Origin: an uncultured archaeon
GTDB taxonomy: Archaea; Asgardarchaeota; Lokiarchaeia; Sigyniarchaeales; SOKP01
DNA length: 64,000 nt
Reading direction: 5' to 3'
Assembly: GCA_964632315.1 (NCBI GenBank)
Contig: CAZWEM010000017.1
Location: 10,879-74,878 of the forward strand
Made by a program: the position numbers and the translations under genes
Part shown: in pieces, positions 51,674-61,541 of the stretch
How the letters are laid out: each line of letters starts with the position of its first letter
Numbering within the stretch: position 1 is the first letter of the stretch
The notes under the pieces: generated by a model
The model's database searches: none
Told to the model about the DNA's origin: nothing
Seen by the model: the letters and a program-made list of their open reading frames with translations, nothing else

Positions 51674-52104
51674 AAGCTTTGAAAACAACTCAAATTTCTC
51701 CCCTTTCTTTTTTAATTTCCTTATAGATTCAATATTATTTGAATGACATTACCTTTTTAATTTGGCTTATGGTCATGTCAATTTAGATATATGCTCTTAT
51801 TTCAAAAGAAGCAAAAGAAAATTATCTATTACATAAAATTGGAATTTAATAAGATAGGAATTCCAAAACAGTTGTTCAAAGCCTACATGAGGTATTGGAA
51901 AAAAAAATATTTTTAGATTTCAAATTTATTCATGAATATTAATAAGATATACTACTAATATAAATTCTTAAAATTAAAACGGATAATGATTTTAAATTGA
52001 TATTTCAATGAATTTCATCGAAAAATGATCTTCCTGTTTGATGTTATAATAAAATTGATAAGAGACTTGAAAAAAAATAGAGGAAAAAATTTATAATTAG
52101 AATT

Positions 52105-52923
52105 TTAGGAAATTTTTGAACCACAATCAGGACAATACTTACCTTCACCCTTTAATTCAGAACCACAGTTAGGACAAAATTTTGGGCGGGTCCCAACCAC
52201 CTTTTCTTCAACAGCATACGGAGATTTCGTGGGTTGACTAACTGGTGCTACAGGAGTTACGGGTGGTTGTGGAGCTTTAGGGGCATTAGGCATTGGGGGT
52301 TTTGCGACAGTAGGCATGCTATATCTATTTTCGAGTTTAGCAAGTTTAAAGAACCCTATAACTTGGAGAATGAATCCGATTATAGCAGTAATGATAAGGA
52401 ACCCAAGAGCATAAAGCAAGGCTCCTGTTCTTAGCTTTTCTGCACCATCAATAGTCTCTCGAGCAATATGTTCCGGAAACATAGATCTGTTTTCTTCTAA
52501 AAAATATTTCAAGTTATCCCATGCTTTCATTTCAATTGAATAAGAAATGATGAAAAGAATGAAGGAAATTACTACAGGAACAATACCAATTAGAAGATTA
52601 AACCAATAATAACTGGGAATATAACCCATACCCATAGGTAAGGCTCCAAACGGGAATACCAATAAAACAATACCTACTATAAGAAATGGGATACACACAA
52701 ATTTCAATACGAAAGCGGTGATATATTTCGACCGGAATTCATCTAAATATTGGCTATTTAACCTATAGTTTATCATTTTAATGTTTCCAAGGGCCATAAA
52801 TAGAAAAATTGCAGCTATAATACCAGTAATGCCAGTAACTATCGTTAAAACTGTCATAATGGCTACGAGATTCATATTCTTTCCGAAGTCACGCCATAGA
52901 GACTCTAATTCTTCATCTGACAA
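52105..52923 (-). CDS. Multi-TM protein with Pro-rich linker and C-terminal zinc ribbon (DUF973-like)
   Basis: Several TM helices, PTVAKPPMPNAPKAPQPP linker, CPNC-x10-CPDC; TTG start preceded by AGGTGA. Confidence 0.8.
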   Translation of the reverse strand: MSDEELESLWRDFGKNMNLVAIMTVLTIVTGITGIIAAIFLFMALGNIKMINYRLNSQYLDEFRSKYITAFVLKFVCIPFLIVGIVLLVFPFGALPMGMGYIPSYYWFNLLIGIVPVVISFILFIISYSIEMKAWDNLKYFLEENRSMFPEHIARETIDGAEKLRTGALLYALGFLIITAIIGFILQVIGFFKLAKLENRYSMPTVAKPPMPNAPKAPQPPVTPVAPVSQPTKSPYAVEEKVVGTRPKFCPNCGSELKGEGKYCPDCGSKIS

Positions 52924-53132
52924 TTATTTCACCTTTTTATTATATTTTTAATATTAATCGTTATTATAGATTCATTAAAAGAGATTTAAATAATTATTAT
53001 GGTCCAATTTTTAATCTAAATCAATTTATTAATTAAATTGAAAGAACGATTGAATTTTATGATTATGAATTTCTCATTAAAGGGTTTATTATTTAAAGCA
53101 TATCCTCTTATCTCTCTAAGTAAAAAGTAATT

Positions 53133-53636
53133 ATGTGGATGAATTTGGATATTCATATTAGACTTGCTAGCTTAAAAGATATCTCGACTATATTACAAAT
53201 TGAGAAAGATTGTTTTGAGGAGCCTTGGACAAAACCCATTTTCAAAATGATGTTGAAACGTACTTCTTTGAATGATGAAGGTCAGGGATCTCATAATTTT
53301 TATGTTTCTGAATTATTGGATGAAATTGTGGGGTATATTATATGGGAAAACGAGTATATTTATAGGAATGATGATGATAGCATGAGCTTTATCGGTCATA
53401 TTATGAATCTTGCCATAGCATCTAAACAGAGGAGACGCGGTTTTGGAAGATTGCTTATAGAATTTGCATTTAATAAGATGAGAGCTGGAGGTATAAATAA
53501 CTGCTATTTAGAAGTAAGAGAGAGTAATCTTCCTGCTATATGTTTGTATGAAAGTGTTGGAATGTCGTATAATAAGAGATTAAAAAATTATTATTTCAGC
53601 GAAGATGGTTTAACTTATTTTAAAAAGCTGCAATAA
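53133..53636 (+). CDS. rimI: RimI-like N-acetyltransferase
   Basis: IEKDCFEEPW, GHIMNLAI...RRRGFG, LEVRESN..AI.LYE, NYY.SEDG. Confidence 0.85.
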   Translation: MWMNLDIHIRLASLKDISTILQIEKDCFEEPWTKPIFKMMLKRTSLNDEGQGSHNFYVSELLDEIVGYIIWENEYIYRNDDDSMSFIGHIMNLAIASKQRRRGFGRLLIEFAFNKMRAGGINNCYLEVRESNLPAICLYESVGMSYNKRLKNYYFSEDGLTYFKKLQ

Positions 53637-53805
53637 ATCTTTTCAAGAAAATTTTCAGAAAATACATGTGTAAATATTAATAGCATTGGCTGAAAACTAA
53701 ATAAGATTAAATAGCTAAAATTTGTCCTTTAAATTATAGAATCTATCCATTTATTAGCACCCAATCTTAATATTTAGTTTAAACCGATTAAAAGGATGTA
53801 AAGTA

Positions 53806-54435
53806 ATGGTTAATTATAAAAGTGTGGTAAAAAAGCTACAAAAGCACTATCCTGATGCTCAAGAAGTAGCAATTCTCTCCAAAAATGGAAAAATCTTATT
53901 TTCAACTCCAAAATGGAATATCAAGGGAGACATAAAACCATTTCTTAAAAATTGGCACAGTGGGAGTGCTCAATCTGTCGAACTCGATGGAGTTAGATAT
54001 TCCATACTTCAGATGGAACCAGAACGGTTTATTGGTACTAATCGCCACAAGAAGGGACATTTAGTCGGTGCTGGGACTCCGGATAATGAAAAATTAATGA
54101 TTGCACATATTAAACCGAAAGCGGAAGGTTGGTTTCATATGGCTTATCCAGCTATAGCTAGAGCAGCAGCAATGATGGATAAGGGTAGTAATTCTGAGTT
54201 TATTGAAACTGAGGTAGATTTAAAAGAAAAACAAGTAATTAGTGAAATCTCTAAGCCCTCCTATCCTTCAATAGATCCTTATCTTAAAGCAGAAATTGAG
54301 GGATTACTCGAATGGATAAGAAATCGTGAAGGCCTATTTAGTTATATCTACTATGCTTTAGAACAAAATGATGTTGAAAAGATCTCAAGATTGGCTAAAA
54401 TCTATCATGAACTTTATCATTTATTCTATGGTTAA
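53806..54435 (+). CDS. Profilin-like protein with C-terminal helical extension
   Basis: AILSKNGKILFSTPKWNI...LDGVRYSILQMEPERFIGTN...GHLVG matches my recollection of the Asgard profilin pattern; about 85 extra C-terminal residues. Confidence 0.7.
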   Translation: MVNYKSVVKKLQKHYPDAQEVAILSKNGKILFSTPKWNIKGDIKPFLKNWHSGSAQSVELDGVRYSILQMEPERFIGTNRHKKGHLVGAGTPDNEKLMIAHIKPKAEGWFHMAYPAIARAAAMMDKGSNSEFIETEVDLKEKQVISEISKPSYPSIDPYLKAEIEGLLEWIRNREGLFSYIYYALEQNDVEKISRLAKIYHELYHLFYG

Positions 54436-54586
54436 GCGTTACATTTTAAAAAGAAGAATATTTTTTACATTAAAGTGAAAAATTCTATAGCCAAAAGCTT
54501 TTCTGGTCATTTATAAACATAGCTTATATTTAAAAATAATCAGTTTAATTATTATTAAAACTGACTCTAATCAAGGGTTAAAATCT

Positions 54587-56929
54587 ATGTATAAGAATTT
54601 AGACAATTTATTAAAGAAAATTGTGCTAATTGTTTGTCTTCTATTACCATTCGTTAATTTGTTGGTTAATTCTATTCCCATAATTATTATGAGTGATCTA
54701 GAAGATAAACCACTGGAAATGAATGAACTAAGAAACGAGATACCATTTTCTTCCGCCGAATTAGTTTCTAAAACCGGATATGCTATTATTGTTGGTATTT
54801 CGGATTACCCCGGGACAAGCTCTGATCTATCATATTGTGATGATGATGCCCTGGCAATTTATTCGATTTTGCTTGATGAGTTTAACTTTAAATCTGAAAA
54901 TGTTTATTATTTACAAGATTCTGAAGCGTCTTTACAAGGAATAAGTAACGCCTTTGATGAAGTTGCCAATCAAATTGGACCAGATGATGTTTTTTTCTTT
55001 TATTATTCGGGTCATGGAGGGGCTTCTACAACTAATGGTGGTGTACATTCTTATTCAATCGACTCACCTCATCCCTATAGTAATTACTATGACCACATGT
55101 GGAGTATTTATCATGAAGATGCTGCATATATGAGAGTGCATTTTGATGCCTTAAGTTTAGAATATGGATGTGATTATGTATATCTTGGTGATACTGACTT
55201 AGCAGATGGATGGTATTATGAAGATTATACTGGATCTCAAGGGGCTTTCTGGTCCGGATGGATACCACTTCTTTCTGATAATAGAATCTATATTCGAATG
55301 ATAACTGATTATTCAATTACAGCCAATGGTTTCAGCATAGACCAATATGAAGTAGAAGTCTATAATGGCACGCATTTTTTATGTTCTTATGATTCTATTC
55401 CTTACGATCCTGAATACTTCTATTTGGATACTCTGTTAGACTCTAAATTGGATTCATTAAACTGTGACGAAACATATGTTGTTCTTGATGCTTGTAATAC
55501 AGGCGGAATGATTAATGAAATTCAGCAAAATGATAGATACATAATGACAGCATGCACGGATGAGGAATCTAGTCTTGAATCATCTAACTTAGGTCATGGC
55601 GTCTTTACAAATTACTTTTTAAACTCTCTTGAATATTCAGTTGATGGAAATGACGATGGGGCTAAATCTTTTGAAGAAATGTATACTTATACCTACTCAA
55701 ATGCAGTTTCCTATTCGACATCTTTAGGCTATACACATCATCCGCAAGAATCTGATGGAATTTCAGGAGAAGCTGTTTTAGAAACAGCAATAGGTGGATT
55801 ATATCTGAATAAAACTGCAAATTCTCTAAATTACTCCTTCTCTCTTTATGGTACTGGAGAGATTGAAGAACTCTATCTTTGCATATGCGAAGTTACTGAT
55901 TCAGTGCTTTATCAAACTCATGATTTAATGGAAGACTCCATTTCAAACACGGGATTTGAAAATTATTCGGGTATCATGACTTTATCGGGGGCTTCTGATC
56001 TTACTGGATATGGTTTATTTGCAAGGATTGAAGGAAATAATGTAATTATATGGAATTACACAGATTCAGCAGATTATGATGGTGACTCGTTGTCTGATGT
56101 TGTTGAAGTTTCAAAGGGCTTAAACCCTAGAACTGGAGATACTGATTCGGATGGTTTAGGGGATGAGGAAGAGTACTTTGGTCTTACGAATCCTCTCGAT
56201 CCTGATTGTGATAACGACGATTTGACAGATGGACAAGAAATAAACATATATTATACTGATCCACTTAATCCAGATTCTGATGGAGATAATATCAATGATG
56301 GATTGGAAGTTATGCTAGGATTAGATCCTTTAGACTCGCATATAAACTTGCTGACGTTTATCTTAAATATAGCTGGATTTGTAATAATCATATCCACTGC
56401 GGGTTATGCAATTGTAAAAACTATCAAGACAACTAAGAAAAAATCAATGAAGAGTATCCCTAAGAAATTTATTGAGGGATCATATAATACTCAAAATGTT
56501 TTAATGGTAGAAAAAAAGGATAGACCCGTATCCAGGTATTCAAGTTATTATACTAGATCACCAGTTCAACAGATGGAAGTAACAACTAATGAAATCCGGA
56601 ATATTATTTTATATAAGACTCCCCTACCTAAACAACATGATTCAAATGAAGGAAAATATGCAATATTCGTTTCTAATCAAGCATTTTTAGCATTAAAACA
56701 AGGAAAAGCCAATGAAGCGCTAAATTTATTTGTAAAATCATTAATGTTAGGAGTTCCCGAACCGTACAATACCCAAATTAAAAATATGCTTTTACAGACT
56801 TTAGATCAAGTTCCTACTAGTAATCAAACTTTAGTACAAGACGGTCAAAAGCTAAAATTTTGTACTTATTGCGGTGCACAAAATCTTATTACTAGTAAAT
56901 TTTGCAGAAAATGTGGGAGGGGGATGTAA
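54587..56929 (+). CDS. Membrane-anchored caspase-family (C14) protease with CUB-like insert, Ca-binding repeats and cytoplasmic zinc ribbon
   Basis: YAIIVGISDY, FFYYSGHG (His143), VLDAC (Cys303), HGVFT; DxDxDG-like repeats; TM; CTYC-x10-CRKC. Confidence 0.85.
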   Translation: MYKNLDNLLKKIVLIVCLLLPFVNLLVNSIPIIIMSDLEDKPLEMNELRNEIPFSSAELVSKTGYAIIVGISDYPGTSSDLSYCDDDALAIYSILLDEFNFKSENVYYLQDSEASLQGISNAFDEVANQIGPDDVFFFYYSGHGGASTTNGGVHSYSIDSPHPYSNYYDHMWSIYHEDAAYMRVHFDALSLEYGCDYVYLGDTDLADGWYYEDYTGSQGAFWSGWIPLLSDNRIYIRMITDYSITANGFSIDQYEVEVYNGTHFLCSYDSIPYDPEYFYLDTLLDSKLDSLNCDETYVVLDACNTGGMINEIQQNDRYIMTACTDEESSLESSNLGHGVFTNYFLNSLEYSVDGNDDGAKSFEEMYTYTYSNAVSYSTSLGYTHHPQESDGISGEAVLETAIGGLYLNKTANSLNYSFSLYGTGEIEELYLCICEVTDSVLYQTHDLMEDSISNTGFENYSGIMTLSGASDLTGYGLFARIEGNNVIIWNYTDSADYDGDSLSDVVEVSKGLNPRTGDTDSDGLGDEEEYFGLTNPLDPDCDNDDLTDGQEINIYYTDPLNPDSDGDNINDGLEVMLGLDPLDSHINLLTFILNIAGFVIIISTAGYAIVKTIKTTKKKSMKSIPKKFIEGSYNTQNVLMVEKKDRPVSRYSSYYTRSPVQQMEVTTNEIRNIILYKTPLPKQHDSNEGKYAIFVSNQAFLALKQGKANEALNLFVKSLMLGVPEPYNTQIKNMLLQTLDQVPTSNQTLVQDGQKLKFCTYCGAQNLITSKFCRKCGRGM

Positions 56930-56974
56930 ATTACTATTAAAAGTTATGCAGATACAATAAAAAGAGATAAATAC

Positions 56975-57640
56975 GTGCTAGAGTTTTCCCAACCAACTGA
57001 AATTTATTTTCCCGATAAGTGTATTATTTGTTTTAACAAGGCAGATGATAAAATTCACCGTGCATATTATGGAAGATTTCTTCCAAACACTAATTATAAG
57101 TATGATTATAAATTAGAACTACCAGTATGTCATTCTTGTAAAGCTAAATTAGAGATGAAAAGAGGATTACAGAGTAAATCCGGGAAAATTTTATGTTTTA
57201 GCTTGATTTTAGGTCTTATATCCTTTATGATTCTTACTTTTACCTTTTATTCTCCCATTTTTGGCTTGGCACTTTTATTCGTTTTATTTGCATTTCCCTA
57301 TTTGGCTCACCACTTAAAAATGAAAAATCATATCAAACTAGACGAACATATAGGCATCAATTTCTTCCCAGGTGAAAAGAATGTTTTAAAATTTGTTTTC
57401 ACGAACGCAAGATTCGCTAAAGAATTGGAAAGCATAAATCTTAAAGTTCTCGAGCAAAAAATAATTACACAACCAGAACCAGAAATAATCACTACACAAC
57501 TAGAACCAGAAACAATAAAAGAACTCCCAATAGAAGCACAAGCTGAGAAAAAATATATAATTTGTCCATCTTGCTTGAGTTCTGTGGAAGCTCATCATAA
57601 ATTTTGTACTAATTGCGGGAGTGTATTAAGATCTGATTGA
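56975..57640 (+). CDS. 2-TM protein with N-terminal CxxC pair and C-terminal zinc ribbon
   Basis: FPDKCIIC...LPVCHSC, two TM, CPSC-x10-CTNC; GTG start. Confidence 0.75.
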   Translation: MLEFSQPTEIYFPDKCIICFNKADDKIHRAYYGRFLPNTNYKYDYKLELPVCHSCKAKLEMKRGLQSKSGKILCFSLILGLISFMILTFTFYSPIFGLALLFVLFAFPYLAHHLKMKNHIKLDEHIGINFFPGEKNVLKFVFTNARFAKELESINLKVLEQKIITQPEPEIITTQLEPETIKELPIEAQAEKKYIICPSCLSSVEAHHKFCTNCGSVLRSD

Positions 57641-57771
57641 ATCTCAAAAATTAATTAATTCTTTTTTTTATTTATGAATACTATCATAATTCTTAATCAT
57701 TATTCATTATGGAGTAATGAATATAAGCGGTAGGTTCTTATTTTTAGTAATTTTTCTATTTTCAAATTCAA

Positions 57772-59148
57772 ATGTTAAAATCTGAAAAAAGTGATTTTAT
57801 GGTAGAACCAATAAACCTGTACGAAAAATATTTCAAGGATCCAACAAGGGAACCAGTGTTGATTGATTATGTTCGAACTCCTATCGGTAAAAAAAGGGGG
57901 ACTATCGTGCGCCATCGCGGTGATGATTTGGTGGTCCATTGTTATCGGACCATTTTAGAACGAAACGAATTCGATCCAAACTTAATTGAAGATTCAATAG
58001 TATCTTGTAATAGTCAGATAGGAGATTGCGCCTTGGATATAGGCAGAACTGCTGCTTTAGCTGCCCATTTGCCCGTAAGCGTTCCTGGAATGTCAATTAA
58101 TCGACAATGCGCTAGTGGCTCTCAGACTGCATTGTCCGCATGGCAAGCTATCGCAAGTGGTATTCACGATTGTGTTATTTGTGGGGGCGTTGAAGTCCAA
58201 AATCGTTATCCTATCATGTCAGATTCTTATGTTTTTGATGACAAGCAGGGAAAGCCTGTGATGATTGCTCCAAATAAAAAAATCTTAAGCAATCCAGAAG
58301 TAGATGAGAAGCTTAAGGAATATAAAACCTCATTTGCTGGTCAAATCAATTCTGCACATGTGATTGGACAAGTGTATATGAAAAAGTATGGGCAATCTCT
58401 CGATGAGTATAGACATGAAGTTGATAGTTTATCATTATTATCACATCAGAAAGCAAATAAAGCGTGGGATCTGAGGGGAAAAGAGATTGAACCTATTTGG
58501 TGCCCAAAATTAGATGAAGCTACAGGAGAACCTTTACTTGACGAGAATAATAATATTGTTCAAGATTCAAGTTTATCCGTCTTAACTGAGAGAGATGAGA
58601 CACCAAGACCAAATACTACAATGGAAAAACTTGCGAGTTTGAGAACTATTATAGGGAGGAAGAGCCAAGCATTTTTAACAGCAGGTAATAGCTGTCCTAC
58701 GAGCGATGGTGCAGCAGCACAACTATGGATGACTCGAGCTTTAGCAGAAGAGCTAGGGTTAAAACCAAGAGCGTCTATAGTTGATTGTGCAATAATTGGC
58801 TCTGATCCCGTCTTACAACTTACTGGCCCTATTATTGCAATGCCAAAAGCCTTGAAGCGAGCTGGAATGACGTTTGATGATATGTCTTTCATTGAAATAA
58901 ATGAGGCATTCAGCCCTGTAATTCACGCTTGTTGCCGAGATATGGGATTAGATTGGAAAGATCCTAGATTCAATCCTTGGGGGGGCGCAATTGCACTTGG
59001 ACATCCAACTGGTGCAACTGGAAGTAGATTAATCGGATCCAATTTGCATCAATTAGAAGAAAGCGGTAAAGAATTTGCTATATCTTCGATGTGCGTTGGA
59101 TTAGGGATGTCTATCGCAACAATCATAAGAAATGAAAATTCCAAATAA
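57772..59148 (+). CDS. Thiolase (acetyl-CoA C-acyltransferase); start may be 57799
   Basis: RTPIG, NRQCASG, TAGNS...DGAAA, EINEAF, GGAIALGHP, MCVGLG. Confidence 0.95.
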   Translation: MLKSEKSDFMVEPINLYEKYFKDPTREPVLIDYVRTPIGKKRGTIVRHRGDDLVVHCYRTILERNEFDPNLIEDSIVSCNSQIGDCALDIGRTAALAAHLPVSVPGMSINRQCASGSQTALSAWQAIASGIHDCVICGGVEVQNRYPIMSDSYVFDDKQGKPVMIAPNKKILSNPEVDEKLKEYKTSFAGQINSAHVIGQVYMKKYGQSLDEYRHEVDSLSLLSHQKANKAWDLRGKEIEPIWCPKLDEATGEPLLDENNNIVQDSSLSVLTERDETPRPNTTMEKLASLRTIIGRKSQAFLTAGNSCPTSDGAAAQLWMTRALAEELGLKPRASIVDCAIIGSDPVLQLTGPIIAMPKALKRAGMTFDDMSFIEINEAFSPVIHACCRDMGLDWKDPRFNPWGGAIALGHPTGATGSRLIGSNLHQLEESGKEFAISSMCVGLGMSIATIIRNENSK

Positions 59149-59158
59149 TTTTATCTTT

Positions 59159-59911
59159 CTATTTTTTTAAAAGGTGTAGAATTTCATTATAGGAACTCAA
59201 CGATTTTAGAACACTTTCATCTTGTAAACCTTCTTGAGGAGATCCCTCAAAAATTACGTGTCCGTCGTCTATAAATACCATTTTATCTGCCCAATTTTCT
59301 ACAAAAAACATGTTATGGGTTGTGAATATAATGGTGAGATCTTGATCTTTTCTTAAATTTTCTAAGATCTCTAAATGATTATAAATTGATTTAAAATCCA
59401 GGTTAGCAAATGGTTCATCAAGAATTAACAGTCTTGGTTTCATGACCAAAAGTCCAGCAAGAGCTACTCTTTTTTTTTGACCCCAGGATAATTCAAATGG
59501 TGAATAGTTCTTATATTCAGTTAGGTTTACGGCACTTAAAGCCCATTCGACTCGATCTTTAACTTTTTCTTCTGTTAATTTTAGGTTTCTAGCCCCAAAT
59601 GCTACGTCTTCTCCGACTGTTGGCGCAAAAAGTTGATCGTCAGGGTTTTGAAATAAAAATCCAATTTGCTTTCTTATTTCCCATAATTTCATCTTGTTTT
59701 TTGATAAGTGTTCTTCAAAAATCTTGATGTTTCCGGAAATTGGCCATATCAAACCAACTAAAAGCCGGAGTATTGTAGTTTTTCCCGACCCATTATTCCC
59801 TATTAAAGCGTAAATTGAATTCCTGTCCACTTCAAACGATACGTTTTCCAAATGGAACCCTGAGTCATATTGGAAATTAATAGTATCTACTTCTATTGCT
59901 GGTTTAATCAC
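59159..59911 (-). CDS. cbiO: ECF Ni/Co transporter ATPase (CbiO/NikO)
   Basis: GNNGSGKTT, FQNPDDQLF..TV.EDVAFG, LSWGQKKR, LDEP. Confidence 0.9.
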   Translation of the reverse strand: MIKPAIEVDTINFQYDSGFHLENVSFEVDRNSIYALIGNNGSGKTTILRLLVGLIWPISGNIKIFEEHLSKNKMKLWEIRKQIGFLFQNPDDQLFAPTVGEDVAFGARNLKLTEEKVKDRVEWALSAVNLTEYKNYSPFELSWGQKKRVALAGLLVMKPRLLILDEPFANLDFKSIYNHLEILENLRKDQDLTIIFTTHNMFFVENWADKMVFIDDGHVIFEGSPQEGLQDESVLKSLSSYNEILHLLKK

Positions 59912-60699
59912 ATAACACCTAAAATTATTGATTCAATATCTACAAAATAGACTAAAAAAACCATTATTAAAAGAAAAATGAGAAGCATGATGTAATCTAA
60001 GAGTTTCAGATTCTTAGAAGCGAATGAAATCTCACCGCTAAAACCCCGCATCTTCAAACTATCATACAATTTTTCACTTCTATCCATGTTATTTACAATA
60101 TTTTTACCCATGATATATGCATGAGTTTTAAGCCTAGCCCTGTATTTTATTGTATTCTTACCTCTTAATTCTTGAGCTTCTAAAACTTTCTTATTTGAAC
60201 TTGCGAGGATTGGAATATAATGAAGCATGATAACAATACTCCCTACTAAGAATGAGGGGATAACGCGTATTTTTGTTAAGGATTCAATATATTCAGAATA
60301 GGTTAATGAAGAGAAGAAAGACAAAAAAGTAAAAGCTGCCAAGACTATTCTTAGAAAAATTATTAAACCCATCCTCAAACCTTCAGCATACACTTTGATC
60401 GGAGCCAGAAAATAAAATTGATAAATAACCGTGCTTCCATAATAAAATGGAATGAAAACTGTTAAGATAAAAACAAAAGGTATTATTAATTTTAGTCTCG
60501 ATAAGGTCTGAATAAATTTTAAGCGAAAGATAATGTTCAAAATACCTACGATGAGAATTATGGTAATAATTAGATAAAGATCGGCGAGTATTAAACAAGG
60601 AATAACCAAAATGAATGGGAGGATAAACCTTACAATAGGATGGATATTATTAAAAAGGTTTTTGTCATTTTCTTGTCTAAATGGTAGTTCTGTTTTCAT
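59908..60699 (-). CDS. cbiQ: ECF transmembrane T component (CbiQ/NikQ)
   Basis: TM helices, AQELRG and LKMRGF Arg motifs; 4-nt overlap with ATPase gene. Confidence 0.88.
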   Translation of the reverse strand: MKTELPFRQENDKNLFNNIHPIVRFILPFILVIPCLILADLYLIITIILIVGILNIIFRLKFIQTLSRLKLIIPFVFILTVFIPFYYGSTVIYQFYFLAPIKVYAEGLRMGLIIFLRIVLAAFTFLSFFSSLTYSEYIESLTKIRVIPSFLVGSIVIMLHYIPILASSNKKVLEAQELRGKNTIKYRARLKTHAYIMGKNIVNNMDRSEKLYDSLKMRGFSGEISFASKNLKLLDYIMLLIFLLIMVFLVYFVDIESIILGVM

Positions 60700-60758
60700 C
60701 TGATCATCAAAATGTTTTTTCCCCTATTATTTTTAAGAAAAATTGATTTTCCTAAGAT

Positions 60759-60835
60759 TTCATACTAACTTATAAATTTATCACATTCTTTAAAAATAAT
60801 ACTAAATTATAATTTAATAATACTCAATAATATTA
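60759..60835. promoter_or_regulatory. Candidate metal-regulator (NikR-like) sites in divergent ECF promoter
   Basis: AATAATACT at 60795-60803 and 60816-60824 (21-nt spacing), AATAATATT at 60826-60834, TCATAC at 60760-60765. Confidence 0.3.
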
Positions 60836-60867
60836 AAACTAGCATTTAATAATTTAGAGGATATAAA

Positions 60868-61536
60868 ATGCACATACCAGATGGGCTTTTAGACCCAATA
60901 ACGATTATAGTATTATGGGGAGTAACAATTGGCTTCATGGTGTTAGCTTATTATAGGATAAGTAATCTTTTTAAAAGCACTGAATCTGACAAGATGATCC
61001 CTTATATAGGAGTCTTGGCAGCTGTCATCTTTGCTTTTCAATTCGTAAACTATCCTATACCAGGGGGAACTTCAGGACATTTAATTGGTGGTACATTAGT
61101 TGCAGTAATATTAGGTCCCTGGGCGTCTTTAATTGTCATTTTTCTCATACTAGTTATCCAAAGTTTATTTGGAGATGGAGGAATCACAGCTTTAGGTGCG
61201 AACACGTTTAATATGGGTGTGATATGTGGTATTGTTGGATTTTATATAGTAGTCTTTCTTGTACGATTACTTAACCATAGCTCCATGAAGAAGGAGATAA
61301 AGGTAGCAATAGCCACTGCAATTGGAGCATATATTTCTGTAGTTTTAGCAGCGTTTTTAGCTGGAATTGAGATCTCTATAGGAGGGATCATTCCAATTCA
61401 GGTTTCCGTTCCAGCAATGGTCTTTTGGCATTTATTTATTGCTATTGGAGAAGCAATTATCTCTGCTTTAATTGTTTATTATATTTATAAGGTAAAACCC
61501 GATCTAATTACAACAGAATCAATTATGGGGGTATAA
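60868..61536 (+). CDS. cbiM: ECF Ni/Co substrate-binding S component (NikM/CbiM)
   Basis: N-terminal MHIPDG metal-binding motif, GTSGHLIGG, GDGGITALGAN; GAGG upstream. Confidence 0.93.
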   Translation: MHIPDGLLDPITIIVLWGVTIGFMVLAYYRISNLFKSTESDKMIPYIGVLAAVIFAFQFVNYPIPGGTSGHLIGGTLVAVILGPWASLIVIFLILVIQSLFGDGGITALGANTFNMGVICGIVGFYIVVFLVRLLNHSSMKKEIKVAIATAIGAYISVVLAAFLAGIEISIGGIIPIQVSVPAMVFWHLFIAIGEAIISALIVYYIYKVKPDLITTESIMGV

Positions 61537-61541
61537 AAAAA

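Noticed and set aside
51791-51916. 41-codon ORF MLLFQKKQKKIIYYIKLEFNKIGIPKQLFKAYMRYWKKKYF, faintly like GNAT motif A
   Set aside because: Too short and AT-driven; resemblance too weak to call a gene or remnant
57458-57516. Short duplication encoding IITQPEPE / ITTQLEPE
   Set aside because: Ordinary two-copy linker slippage of about 27 nt
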